Positions 12,431 to 23,123 of a stretch of 64,000 nt of DNA are shown here, in pieces. The stretch is from Moniliella sp. 'wahieum' (taxonomy: Eukaryota). The translations under genes and the position numbers were made by a program. The notes under the pieces were generated by a model. The model searched no databases, had not been told where the DNA came from, and saw only the letters and a list, made by a program, of their open reading frames with translations. Numbering within the stretch: position 1 is the first letter of the stretch; each line of letters begins with the position of its first letter. The DNA is taken from positions 372,001-436,000 of the forward strand of contig RSEE01000010.1 in NCBI GenBank assembly GCA_003971905.1. The letters are read 5' to 3'.

Positions 12431-14062
12431 GAGACGGGTAACCTTTTCTGCGCAGTACGGACCGTGAAGGTCACTCGCTGCGCTCGGGTCAGGGCCGCTG
12501 CTGGGGTGCGACTGCTGGGTCTGGAGGGCTGCAAAAGGTTCGCGGCGAATGCGCTGGGCAAGTTTCTTCTTCTTGGCCTGCATTTTCGACATGCCGCCAG
12601 GAACCGCGGGCGCAGGCGTCGACGGCGTCGGGGACGGCAATACAGCTGCCGCCGGGGCTGGGCGTGCAGCCGTAGACGCTTTGGAGCGGTTGACCCATGC
12701 TTGATTCGTCCGGACAGCTGCGCGAATCCCGCTGTTTAGCTTGGTGAACCAAGTATCCCAAGAGCAATGAGCGTCCACCAACTCCTGTAGAGCAGTGCCA
12801 AGGAAACCATCGACGGACGCAATGACGTTCTTCTGTATTTCATAGGCACTGGCTGCACCCAAGAGGGCGTAGTCTGCGCGAACGCGGTCCGGGAGCTCAC
12901 GTGGTGTAAGCCTCTGGTAGTGATTGCCGCTTCGAATCTTGGCCAGGTGGGCGGCGAATGCGTTGCGGGGACGGACAGCACGGAGGAGCCCTAACTTGAA
13001 GTTAATCCAGCAGTTCGCATGCGGGGGCAGCGTGGCGAGTCTAGCGGTCGCCAAGTAGGGGCCAACGACGAACTCTTTCGCGAGGGAGCCACTGGCCCTG
13101 GAGGCAGGGTCAATGTCGTAAGCTTCCAACAGTTGTTCGAATTCGAGGATCCATGCGGGGAGGCTGAGGGGATTCTCGTCCCATTTGGGCGGCCCGCGGA
13201 AGTCATTGCGGATTCGAAGAGGGGGCTCGGTGACGCGGCCTTGATCCGCTTGGGTAATCTCCTCAGGTTCGACAATCGCTGCTAGGAGGCTAGCCGATCC
13301 GAGAACGTCAACAGGATCCGGGGTCTTCTTCGAGCGGGGAACGGGGGCGTCGCCTACGGCCGCAATCGCGTTCTCCCGTATTTCATAGGTGCCGGCTGCG
13401 CCCACGAGGGAGTAGTCCGCGAGAACGCGATCCGGGAGGTCACGCGGTGTAAGGCTCCGGTAGTGGTTGCCGCTTCGAATCGAGGCCAGATGGTCGTCGA
13501 GCGCGGTGCGAGGTTGGACAGCTTCGAGAAGCCCTAACTTGAAGTTAATCCAGCAGTTCGCATGTGGGGGTAGCGTGGCCAGCCTAGCGGTCGCCAAGTA
13601 GGGGCCAACGACGAACTCTTTCGCGAGGGAACCACTGGCCTTGGAGGCAGGGTCAATGTCGTAAACTTGCAACAGTTCTTCGAATTCGAGGATCCATGCG
13701 GGGAGGCTGAGGGGATCCTCGTCCCATTTGGGTGGTCCGCGGAAGTCTGTGCGGACTCGAATAGGGGGCTCAGTAACGCCGAATTGGTCCTCGTGGGTAA
13801 TTTCCTTAGGTTCGGCAATCGCTGCGAGGAGGTAGGCTGCTCCGGGAGCGGCAACAGGAGCCAGGCTCGTGTTTGTAAGGGGAACGGGGGCTCCGCCTGG
13901 GGCCAGGACCAGCGCCTCGAGCGGGCAGTCAGCAAGCCATTGGCGAAGCGCAGCCTTGGATTCGCCATTCTCGGCGGCGAATTGCTCACCGCCGTTGAGA
14001 CGGACGATGTCCCTGAGGTGGTTGATAGCGAGGAGGTCGAGGAGCGAGGTCGGTTGGGACAT
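12425..14062 (-). CDS. Gag-like protein (about 545 aa) with a tandemly duplicated capsid-like domain
   Basis: Uninterrupted ORF from MSQPTSLL; two units of about 160 aa at a 543-bp offset, each with FRGPPKWDE.PLSLPAWILEFE.LL and CWINFKLGLL, resembling retrotransposon capsid helices; located between the PBS and the integrase stub. Confidence 0.7.
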   Translation of the reverse strand: MSQPTSLLDLLAINHLRDIVRLNGGEQFAAENGESKAALRQWLADCPLEALVLAPGGAPVPLTNTSLAPVAAPGAAYLLAAIAEPKEITHEDQFGVTEPPIRVRTDFRGPPKWDEDPLSLPAWILEFEELLQVYDIDPASKASGSLAKEFVVGPYLATARLATLPPHANCWINFKLGLLEAVQPRTALDDHLASIRSGNHYRSLTPRDLPDRVLADYSLVGAAGTYEIRENAIAAVGDAPVPRSKKTPDPVDVLGSASLLAAIVEPEEITQADQGRVTEPPLRIRNDFRGPPKWDENPLSLPAWILEFEQLLEAYDIDPASRASGSLAKEFVVGPYLATARLATLPPHANCWINFKLGLLRAVRPRNAFAAHLAKIRSGNHYQRLTPRELPDRVRADYALLGAASAYEIQKNVIASVDGFLGTALQELVDAHCSWDTWFTKLNSGIRAAVRTNQAWVNRSKASTAARPAPAAAVLPSPTPSTPAPAVPGGMSKMQAKKKKLAQRIRREPFAALQTQQSHPSSGPDPSAASDLHGPYCAEKVTRLE

Positions 14063-14122
14063 AGCGATTTGTTTTGAGGGAGCGATGGAGTCGATGGAGC
14101 GACGCCTCGGAGCGGAGATTAG

Positions 14123-14137
14123 CGCGTATACTCGATA
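14123..14137 (-). promoter_or_regulatory. Putative self-priming primer-binding site
   Basis: 15 nt, 4 nt downstream of the 5' LTR, exactly complementary to 14233-14247 inside the LTR. Confidence 0.7.
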
Positions 14138-14141
14138 ACTC

Positions 14142-14363
14142 TGTAGCGACGCAAGTATGCCAGAACGCAATCGAGACACAGCAACAGTGTCTACGATGCA
14201 GACAGCGGATACAGCGGAAGACAGATGAGGAGTATCGAGTATACGCGGGAGCAAGATACAGGTGGTGGGAAGGTAGATACAGGTGTGTCTGCAAGATGAA
14301 AAGAAACCCTTCTGAGTAGGGAAGCTCACTGAGGAAGGCGCAACCACCCACGTGGCAATAACA
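14142..14363 (-). repeat. 5' LTR (222 bp)
   Basis: The + strand reads TGTAGCGAC...AATAACA; shares blocks such as caatcgagacacagca, acgatgcagacagcggatacag, agatacaggtggtgggaagg and gaaaagaaacc with 11727-11953. Confidence 0.8.
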
Positions 14364-14511
14364 GGAGTGCATGTCGCAGTCCTCAGTAATTTCATGTCCA
14401 CTAAAGATGAAGATTAGGTAACCCACCCCATCAATCCCTTTTTTCCAGATGGCTCAACGACTTCCGCCTCTGCTGTGGTCTCCACCACCTCCATCTCACC
14501 GCACCATTACC

Positions 14512-15396
14512 ATGCCCATTATCCAGCCTTCGGGCAGATCAAGCTCACCAACGTGTCGGTTGTCCGGCTACGAAAAGGGGGAAAGGTATGTCACCCACTC
14601 TCTATTCCTCCGCCTGCAGGGTTACTGACGGCGCTCTCTGATATGGCAGCGCTTTGAGATTGCCTGTTATAAAAACAAGGTCCGCGAGTGGCGCACGGGC
14701 GTCGAGAAGGATATTGACGAAGTGGTGCAGATCCACTCGGTCTTCTTCAATGTTAGCAAAGGTCAGACAGCTCCCAATGGCGACCTGCAAAAGGCATTTG
14801 GCACGACGGACCAAGAGGAGATTGTGCTCCAGGTACGTCCTGTTTTCAGCGTGGTTTCTGTACGGGAGTGTATTGACTGGATTTGGGTTTGCATCCTAGA
14901 TCTTGAAGAAGGGCGAACTGCAAGTGGGAGAGAAGGAACGCAGTACAGAACTTGGAAACTTGTTCCGGGAAATTGCTACGCTTGTCTCGAACCAAGGTGT
15001 GGACCGTGTATCGCAACGGCCCTTCACGGTGGGTATGATTGAAAAGTCGATGACGGAGATTGGATACAGCGTCAAACCAGGAAAGAGCGCCAAGGCCCAA
15101 GCGCTTGACGTGATGCGCCAGTTGAAAGAAAAGAAGATTCTTGACTTAGAGCGGGTCAAGCTGCGTGTACGCGTGACAGCTGCCAACAAGGACGGTAGAA
15201 GCTCAAGGAGAAGGTGCACCCGCTGGTTGAGAAGATCGAGTCGGAAGAGTGGGATGATGGATGGGAGCTGATCGCGACCATTGATCCGGGAGCACTCAAG
15301 TCGCTCAATGAGCTGCTCGAGTCGGAAACCAAGGGCCGTGCTCGGGTAGAGACGCTCAACACGATTCGCAATGAAGGCGAGGAGAGTTTTGAGTAG
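14512..15396 (+). CDS. SDO1: Ribosome maturation factor SBDS/Sdo1; introns about 14586-14649 and 14833-14899, plus frameshifts
   Basis: [50 protein letters not shown] and IDPG. Confidence 0.93.
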
Positions 15397-15510
15397 ATCC
15401 ACTTTGCCCTCTCCTTCACACTTCTCTGTCGCTCTCCCCTCGTCTTGATACCCATCCATCTCGTTCATATCTGCTCCATTGTTTGGTGTGCACATCAGCA
15501 AGGGATACAT

Positions 15511-17371
15511 TTATTGTTGTCCCGTGGGGGGCATAAATGGAGGCCACATAGCGTGGGGGTAGGGTGCCGTCATGTGCATATACGGCATGGGATTGGGGTA
15601 GGCCATGCTGGGGGCCATTGCATAGGGGGCGTATGGCATTGGCGGCTGGCTGGGTTGGGTAGTAGAGGCTGAGGGAGGGTGTGGGGTAGATGGCTGCATA
15701 ATGGACGAAGGGCCTTGTGTAGGGGCCATGCCGGACCAATTAGTTGGCGCCTTGGAGGCGGAAGGGGCGGAGGGGGCAGGTGGGGCAGGTGGGGCAAGAG
15801 GGTGCTCACCGCCTTGACTGGATACATCGGCCAATGCACGATAATAACCAAAGTAGAACGAAGCGTACGAAAGATTTTGCATGATCTCGTCGTGGGTCAG
15901 GCCCATGGCACCTACACCGGTTCCAGGCTGAGAGGGTGGGACTGGTGGAAGAGTCAATCGTCCTGGCGGGCGGTGGGACATAGGAGGCTCGGGTTTCGCT
16001 AGTAAAGGCTCGATTGGTGGAACATGTGCCTGTTTCGTTTCGCCATCCTCTCGTGTAACTCGATCAGCCACAGCAGGAGCCATGGACGAAGCTTGAAATG
16101 CGCGAGTAGGAGAAGGTGCACCTTGATTCGGCAGACTAACCAAAGAGTGCGATGCTGGCACCTCATCCTTCGGGGCCTCGCGCTGTGCCTTGGCCCTGGT
16201 CTGTACCACCTTGGCCTTAAGCTGCAATAGCTCTCGATGTTTCTTGCGTCGCTCATGAAGAATAGCATACTCTGCCTCGGCTTGTTCCCAAGTATCGACC
16301 AGCTCAGAGTCGTCCCACACCTCGTTGTGGGGCCCAGAGACAAGATCGCCCCATGTGAGCTTCATCGGATCCTCTTCTTCCATCTCATCGAGATCGCTAG
16401 CGTACTCGCCTTCGTCTTGGTCGCCTTGGTGCTCGGCCTCTGGCAAATGCTCCCTTTTGGCCACGCCAACTTCTTCTGAAGCAGTAGCCTCCCCCATATC
16501 GCTTTCGGCCATGTCCGATGGCGAACGCAAAGAAATCCGGCCATCAGTTGCGAGGGGAGGGGACTGTGACTTTGTAGCTGTACCAGAATGTTGTATTCTG
16601 GACACAAGGTGGCCCAATGGTTTGTCCTCTCCGTCCTCGTCTTGAGCAGTTACCGCCATGTCTTCCGCTCCTGATGATCCACCATGCTCAGTATGATCAT
16701 GCTCAACATCATCATGGGTCCTGCGGTGGTTCTTCACACTGCTATGCTCTTTGTACCAATCCCCATCAGCAGGGTACGTCCCGTTTCGGGCAGCAGCGAC
16801 TTGCATATTGGTCGCCAGGGCCCGCGGACCGGCACGCGTCGCATTGACGATGCGAGATGTGCCATCGGAGACACGTTTGCGCTTAAGATGAAATGGCAAG
16901 CTCTCCTCGGACGCGTTCGTCTTGGTCCAGGAAGATGTGACCGGGGTCTGGGGGGACTGTTTTAAGGTCGTCGAGTTGGGGCGCTGGCGCTTCCGCCCTG
17001 AGCCTGAGGCAGAGCCCGAGGCAGAGCCCGGGGCAGGGCCTGGGGCATGGACCCGAGCAGGGCCCAAGGAGGCCTCGCGTGGAGTGAGAGGTGCGCGCAA
17101 GGGGCTCTCTTCGAGGGACTCCTGTTTGACGTGAACCAATTTGGCTGTAACTGGGGGAGAATGAGACGGGTCGAATGCTCGGGGAGTGGCCGTCGCGTCG
17201 TTCTGGCGCTGCATCTCGTCGTCGGTCTGGAGTAGAAAGAGGTCCATCTCGTCCGCATCGTCGTCTTCAACCACACGAGGATCCGCGACTGGGGCGCCGG
17301 CATGAAATCCAGAGGGAGCAGCAAGGCAGCGTGTGGGGTGAGGACTGCTTCGGGGGCGCGGGAGACGCCAT
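15511..17371 (-). CDS. Survival motor neuron (SMN)-like protein with a long disordered N-terminus
   Basis: VWDDSELVDTWEQAEAEY (Gemin2-binding-like) and MQNLSYASFYFGYYRA (YG-box-like); the start at ATG 17371 needs a 1-bp correction. Confidence 0.7.
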
Positions 17372-17598
17372 GATGGTAGCAGCTGGCTGCAGCAGAAACC
17401 GATGCGATTTCGATGGCCAAAAAGTGTACCCGACGTGCCGCAGCACAATGCGACGCGTTGTGGCTTATGTAACCCCCGGACTCGCGTTGCGGAGGCGCCG
17501 GCGCTTCCAATTAAACCCGAGGACCAAGCAGGCAAAGCGGCTCGGCCGGCCTGGGGCGAGTTGTTGGTCTGTACCCAACCACTGCGGCCTCCGCTCCG

Positions 17599-18384
17599 AT
17601 GGCCACCGGCTTCAATGCCGCCGAGTTCCACGAGCGTGTGTACGACGTGGTGCGCATGATCCCTCGCGGCCGCGTGACCACCTATGGCCATGTGGCCAAG
17701 CTCGCAGGGTACCCCGGCTATGCACGCGCCGTCGGCACCGCTCTCAAGGGACTCCCTTCCGATCCCAACGTATATGCCACCAACCTGGACGAGGACGCCG
17801 GCGTCGTCGATGATCAATTTCCGGATGTGGATGGAGCCGATGCGCCTCTTCCTTGGCAGCGGGTCCTCAGCGCAGGTGGTTGGATTGCAGAACGTGGGTT
17901 GGCCGATGGCGGTGTGGGAGCCAATCATCAAGCGGACGTTCTGCGAGCCGAAGGTATTCAAATTGTCGAGCCGCGCGGCGGAGGGATCAGCACACAACGC
18001 GGAGCACGACTGCGTGTGTCGCTTCATGGTGAGGAAGGTTATGGATGGTGTAAGTTGTTTCCCTCACATTGTCTAGCTCGGCCTGAACGGCGTTCTTGTT
18101 TGTCTGCAGTTCCATCCGCGGTGCGCACGTCCGTTTCCCCACAGTTGGAAAGCCCGCCGGCTCATTCACCAAGGCACTCGCCTGTTATTTCATCACAAAA
18201 CCCGACAAGCCCCAGCGCCTTCCACCCCATTGATGAACAACCTGCTAGCACATCCGAGCAAGACCATCCGTCCCGTCCCAATATCTCTAGACGAAGAAGG
18301 CCGTCTGGATCGGGATCGGAGGAACCCAGCCCACCTGTTCGGCGCAGCAAACGCCTTAAAGCCCGTCTTCCTTCTTCTGGCTAA
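17599..18384 (+). CDS. atl1: Alkyltransferase-like (ATL/MGMT family) DNA-damage-binding protein; probable intron about 18049-18108
   Basis: VYDVVRMIPRGRVTTYGHVAKLAG, ARAVG, PWQRV (Trp in place of the MGMT Cys) and Q..LRAEGI. Confidence 0.85.
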   Translation: MATGFNAAEFHERVYDVVRMIPRGRVTTYGHVAKLAGYPGYARAVGTALKGLPSDPNVYATNLDEDAGVVDDQFPDVDGADAPLPWQRVLSAGGWIAERGLADGGVGANHQADVLRAEGIQIVEPRGGGISTQRGARLRVSLHGEEGYGWCKLFPSHCLARPERRSCLSAVPSAVRTSVSPQLESPPAHSPRHSPVISSQNPTSPSAFHPIDEQPASTSEQDHPSRPNISRRRRPSGSGSEEPSPPVRRSKRLKARLPSSG

Positions 18385-18620
18385 CCCATTCCCCCCTCCC
18401 CTGTAACGACAGTCCGGGGCCAGGAGCATTGCATGAAAATGCGTGGTACTCAGGTCTGTATCTATCGTGGTCCTATCCACAGAGTAATGTCGTGCATGCA
18501 AACGCATCTCTCGCCATATGTGTGTTACCATGCCTAAGGACTAAGAAACCAGCAACGAACTACAAATAACAGGAGGTATGCAGCAGTGCCTTTTGAAAGT
18601 GACGGTGGAAGTCCACGACC

Positions 18621-19925
<1,305 letters not shown>

Positions 19926-21429
19926 CGCGCTGGACTGCTTGTGGTGGGTACAGAAGGTGGTAGTAGGCAACCTGAACCAAGGCTCGTAGCGCAGACTCGA
20001 CGGTGAAAGGATGAAGCGGTGAAGCTGGGGGCAGGAAGAACCATCGCTGAGAATCACCGATCATCGGCATCCACGTATTTAAAAGTGCCACTTTTCCTTT
20101 GGCTTCGATGCTGGAAAATTTGCCGTGACGCCGCGTGACATTATACACTGCTCCTGTGCTGCTCCGTCGTTTCAAATCCCTCTTTCGAGTAACGAGCATT
20201 GTCCGTGTATAATGACCTCACACAGAAAGCTTGAACTTGAAGCCAACTCTTGAAGGTTAAATGTGAAACGTAAAGGTCCTGAACGTCCTGAACGTCCTGA
20301 ACGGAGCACCTGCGTTTACAAAAGGCCTCAGGACCTCTCAGATCCCGTGACCAGTGAGCCCCCCAGCGGGTTTCAGCGCTCCAAAAGTGGAGCCGATCCA
20401 CAATATTCAATGCACCTATCTCCAGGGGCTCGCGGTTGTCGTCATTGACTAATAGCAAGGCGAGTACACGCCATGATATGCGTACCCGCTGCCTCTGTGG
20501 GCAGGCGCTAAAAAACACTCTCCGCATGCCAGGAAATCTATAGAGCCGCCCAGGATGGCCACTGAATTTTAGATGGCAGTCTCGGAACAACGCAACGGCT
20601 ATCTGCGGGGGCAAAAGCCCTGGCATAGGCCAGATCCGCGAAAAGGTGGAAAGAACCGATCGGCAGTACCTAACAAAGCAGACCTCCGCAGTCAACATAA
20701 TAGTACCTGAGACCAAAACAGAGAGACCACTAGAACGCAAAAAGTTGTATTGTACGTACCCACTAGGGTACCGCGGAACGGATGGCGGACCCAGAGGGTC
20801 CTGTGATATCCTGTGGTGATTCCCTGGTTCCTTAACAGGGGTGGCGCTACCAAGCAATACACGCAAGATTAACGGGGCGGTTTAGACGTACAGCCTTTCC
20901 CTTTCCCAACCTTAATCTCTGTCAATGATATGGATGCAGTATTGTATGCAAACGTAAGATAAAAGTGTCTGATCAGACGTTGGACTCGCTGTTGCACGCG
21001 TAAGCCACTTTTATTGATAGTTTATCGATTATCGATTATCCCACTCAATGTGTTGGATAACTGGAAATGGGTGGGGATAGATTTCTTGTAGAAGAAGCTA
21101 GCTTCCATAGGGTCGAGAGAAGGAGAGGCGTAGAAGGCATTACTTCATTATACGATACCCTCACCGGCCTCATCATCTTCTGTCCATGCCATTCCAGAGC
21201 TACACAAATATTTATGATGGGCACGGGATCTCAACAGCTCTGAGATCTGACTGCGGACAGAGAGCCGATGTTACGGGGTGCTCCGGTGATCCCCGGACGC
21301 TGAGCCCCGCAGGTCATAGACATCTCATCGGAACACGCGTCAGTCCTGTTAGACTAGCGAGAGAGAGCCAGTTGACGTCGTTGACACCTTTTATCCATGA
21401 TGCGGATATCATCCACGGCCCGCCGTGGC

Positions 21430-21930
21430 CGCATGGGCTCAGCGGTAGGATGCTTTGTGCCCCCATATCGCACCCAGTCTTGGCAGAACCCTTCCAGCGC
21501 TGCGCCCGACTGTGCAGCATCAGCGCGCATGCATCAGCGCCTTTGAGAGCACGGGTTGTGTATTAGTCTTTACCTCTCTGGAAAGTCCCCTACGCTCTGT
21601 TTACACCTGTCATCAGCACTTGAGGCCTGGTTCCTTCTGTATATAAAAGCAAAACAATGTCTAAGGCTTGCTAGCTGTGGTCCTTGTCGCCATCCTGTCC
21701 CTGTCGCTGGTCTCCCCCGACTTTCCGTTCCTCTCTCGCCCATCCACCTTCTACCACCCTTACGAATTTACGACTCACGTCGATCACGCTCCAAGCCGCG
21801 CTTACTCTCAGTAGCGCTTGCTCTTCTTTATTAGGACTGTCTGATTCCGCCTACTACAGAAGCGCGTCGAGTTTAGCAACGCTGCGGTCGCAGCGTTACC
21901 GGTTACCCCGCAGCTCCTGGACCCCTTCAA
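21430..21930 (+). repeat. Decayed dispersed repeat, LTR-like, related to 29990-30600
   Basis: tacgaatttacgac..cagtagc.cttgctctt..ttaggact..cgcc.acta.a at 21761-21859 and 30109-30209; gatgcttt..cagtcttggcaga.ccctt..gctgcgccc at about 21449-21508 and 30533-30591. Confidence 0.65.
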
Positions 21931-23123
21931 CTGCTCTGATGACCTAGGTACTACATGTGACAGCCAATGTGGGGAAAAAGCATATAAGATGAAGAGGTGT
22001 GTTGGGGCTAATAGACGAGCTCACGCTTGCCTTCTTGGCGTCTTGGCACCCTCTAGAAGATAACAGTCCGTGCGCCAACCATCTTCCGTTGGTTACGGCC
22101 CAACGCCAATCAGAGGGCGAGCCGGGCCAATCCTGATGAGGCGAAATCCCTTTCTTCTTGTGGCCGATTGTCGCGCTGAGGAAAAGTGGGGCCGGGGAGA
22201 GGGTGGAGCATCAACGTAAGTAAAACGATGGAGGCTGCCAGGAGCACAGCGCTACAATGCTCCATCTGCTCTGTTTCCATCCGCGCTGCAAGACTCACAC
22301 ACTTCATGAAGCGTTACGGGTATGGTTGAGATCAACAGCAAGTATATTGGTGAGGAAACGCAGAGAGAGGCCAACCCGAGGCCAGGCACAAGGTCAGACC
22401 AGGGCAAGCTGTGGAACACGTGATGCAGCACGTGTGTGAGATGGATGAATGATGCATGATGCATGATGTCAGCTCTCAGCATGCGGCCCTGTGCCAGTCT
22501 TGACGGGTGACGACGCGGTGACGCGTGACGCTTGCTCCCCGGACCTCCGGGGCATTGCCCGATGGGGAAGGATTAAGAAGCCCGCAGACAACCCATTGTG
22601 GCAGTCTGCCGCAGCTCGAACTTGGGCCGAGCAAGTGTGATGATGTGATGCTGGGATCGTCTCGAACCAGCGGCTGAGCACACGCTCATGTAGTAAGAGG
22701 GCCACCGCGGGCGTCAGGCTCAGCGCCTCTGCCCAGCATCGGTCAGTTTGGGATCGGAGGGCAGTGCTGGGTGGTGCTGCCGCCAAGCAGCCCAACGCAT
22801 GGGGCAACAAGATTCGCGCAACGATTGTGCGCAGGCACCGCTCCCCCCGTGCCTGTGTCGATCTCGCGGGGGGCACAGCGCCGCTTTGCCCTGCAACATC
22901 CCGGCGCCGCCACAGTGCCCGCGTGCGAGTCCCGCCTGGCGCCGCAGCGGCTGTGTTCGTGAGCGCGATGGAAAAAAGCGGTGGCGAATCAGGACTGCGG
23001 CGTGGTGCGGTGCGTGCAAGCGACCTGGTGACATCACCGGCCAGCGCCGGACCGGCAGCCGCCCGCAGGAGCCGGGGCAGTGTGGCGGCGTGTGCCCTGC
23101 GTGAGCCGTCGAACGCCGACTCC

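Larger units (their letters stand above)
11727..14363 (-). mobile_element. Non-autonomous or decayed Ty3/gypsy-type LTR retroelement (LTR-PBS-gag-integrase stub-PPT-LTR)
   Basis: Two diverged direct repeats of about 225 bp with TG..CA ends, a G-rich PPT before the 3' LTR, a Gag-like ORF and integrase/GPY-F motifs; no PR, RT or RH seen. Confidence 0.8.

Noticed and set aside
11722..14368. Target-site duplication of the LTR element
   Set aside because: The flanks GGAAG and GGAGT match at only 3 of 5 positions, so no TSD is claimed.
14063..14401. N-terminal 113 aa of the 658-aa ORF
   Set aside because: It runs through the 5' LTR and PBS; the plausible Gag start is MSQPTS at 14062.
17372..18027. 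838-aa ORF overlapping ATL on the opposite strand as a true overlapping gene
   Set aside because: The upstream part is the antisense shadow of the GC-rich ATL gene; a better SMN start lies at 17371.
20141..20866. 241-aa - strand ORF upstream of DAHP synthase
   Set aside because: No ATG start, no recognisable motif, and a composition typical of non-coding sequence.
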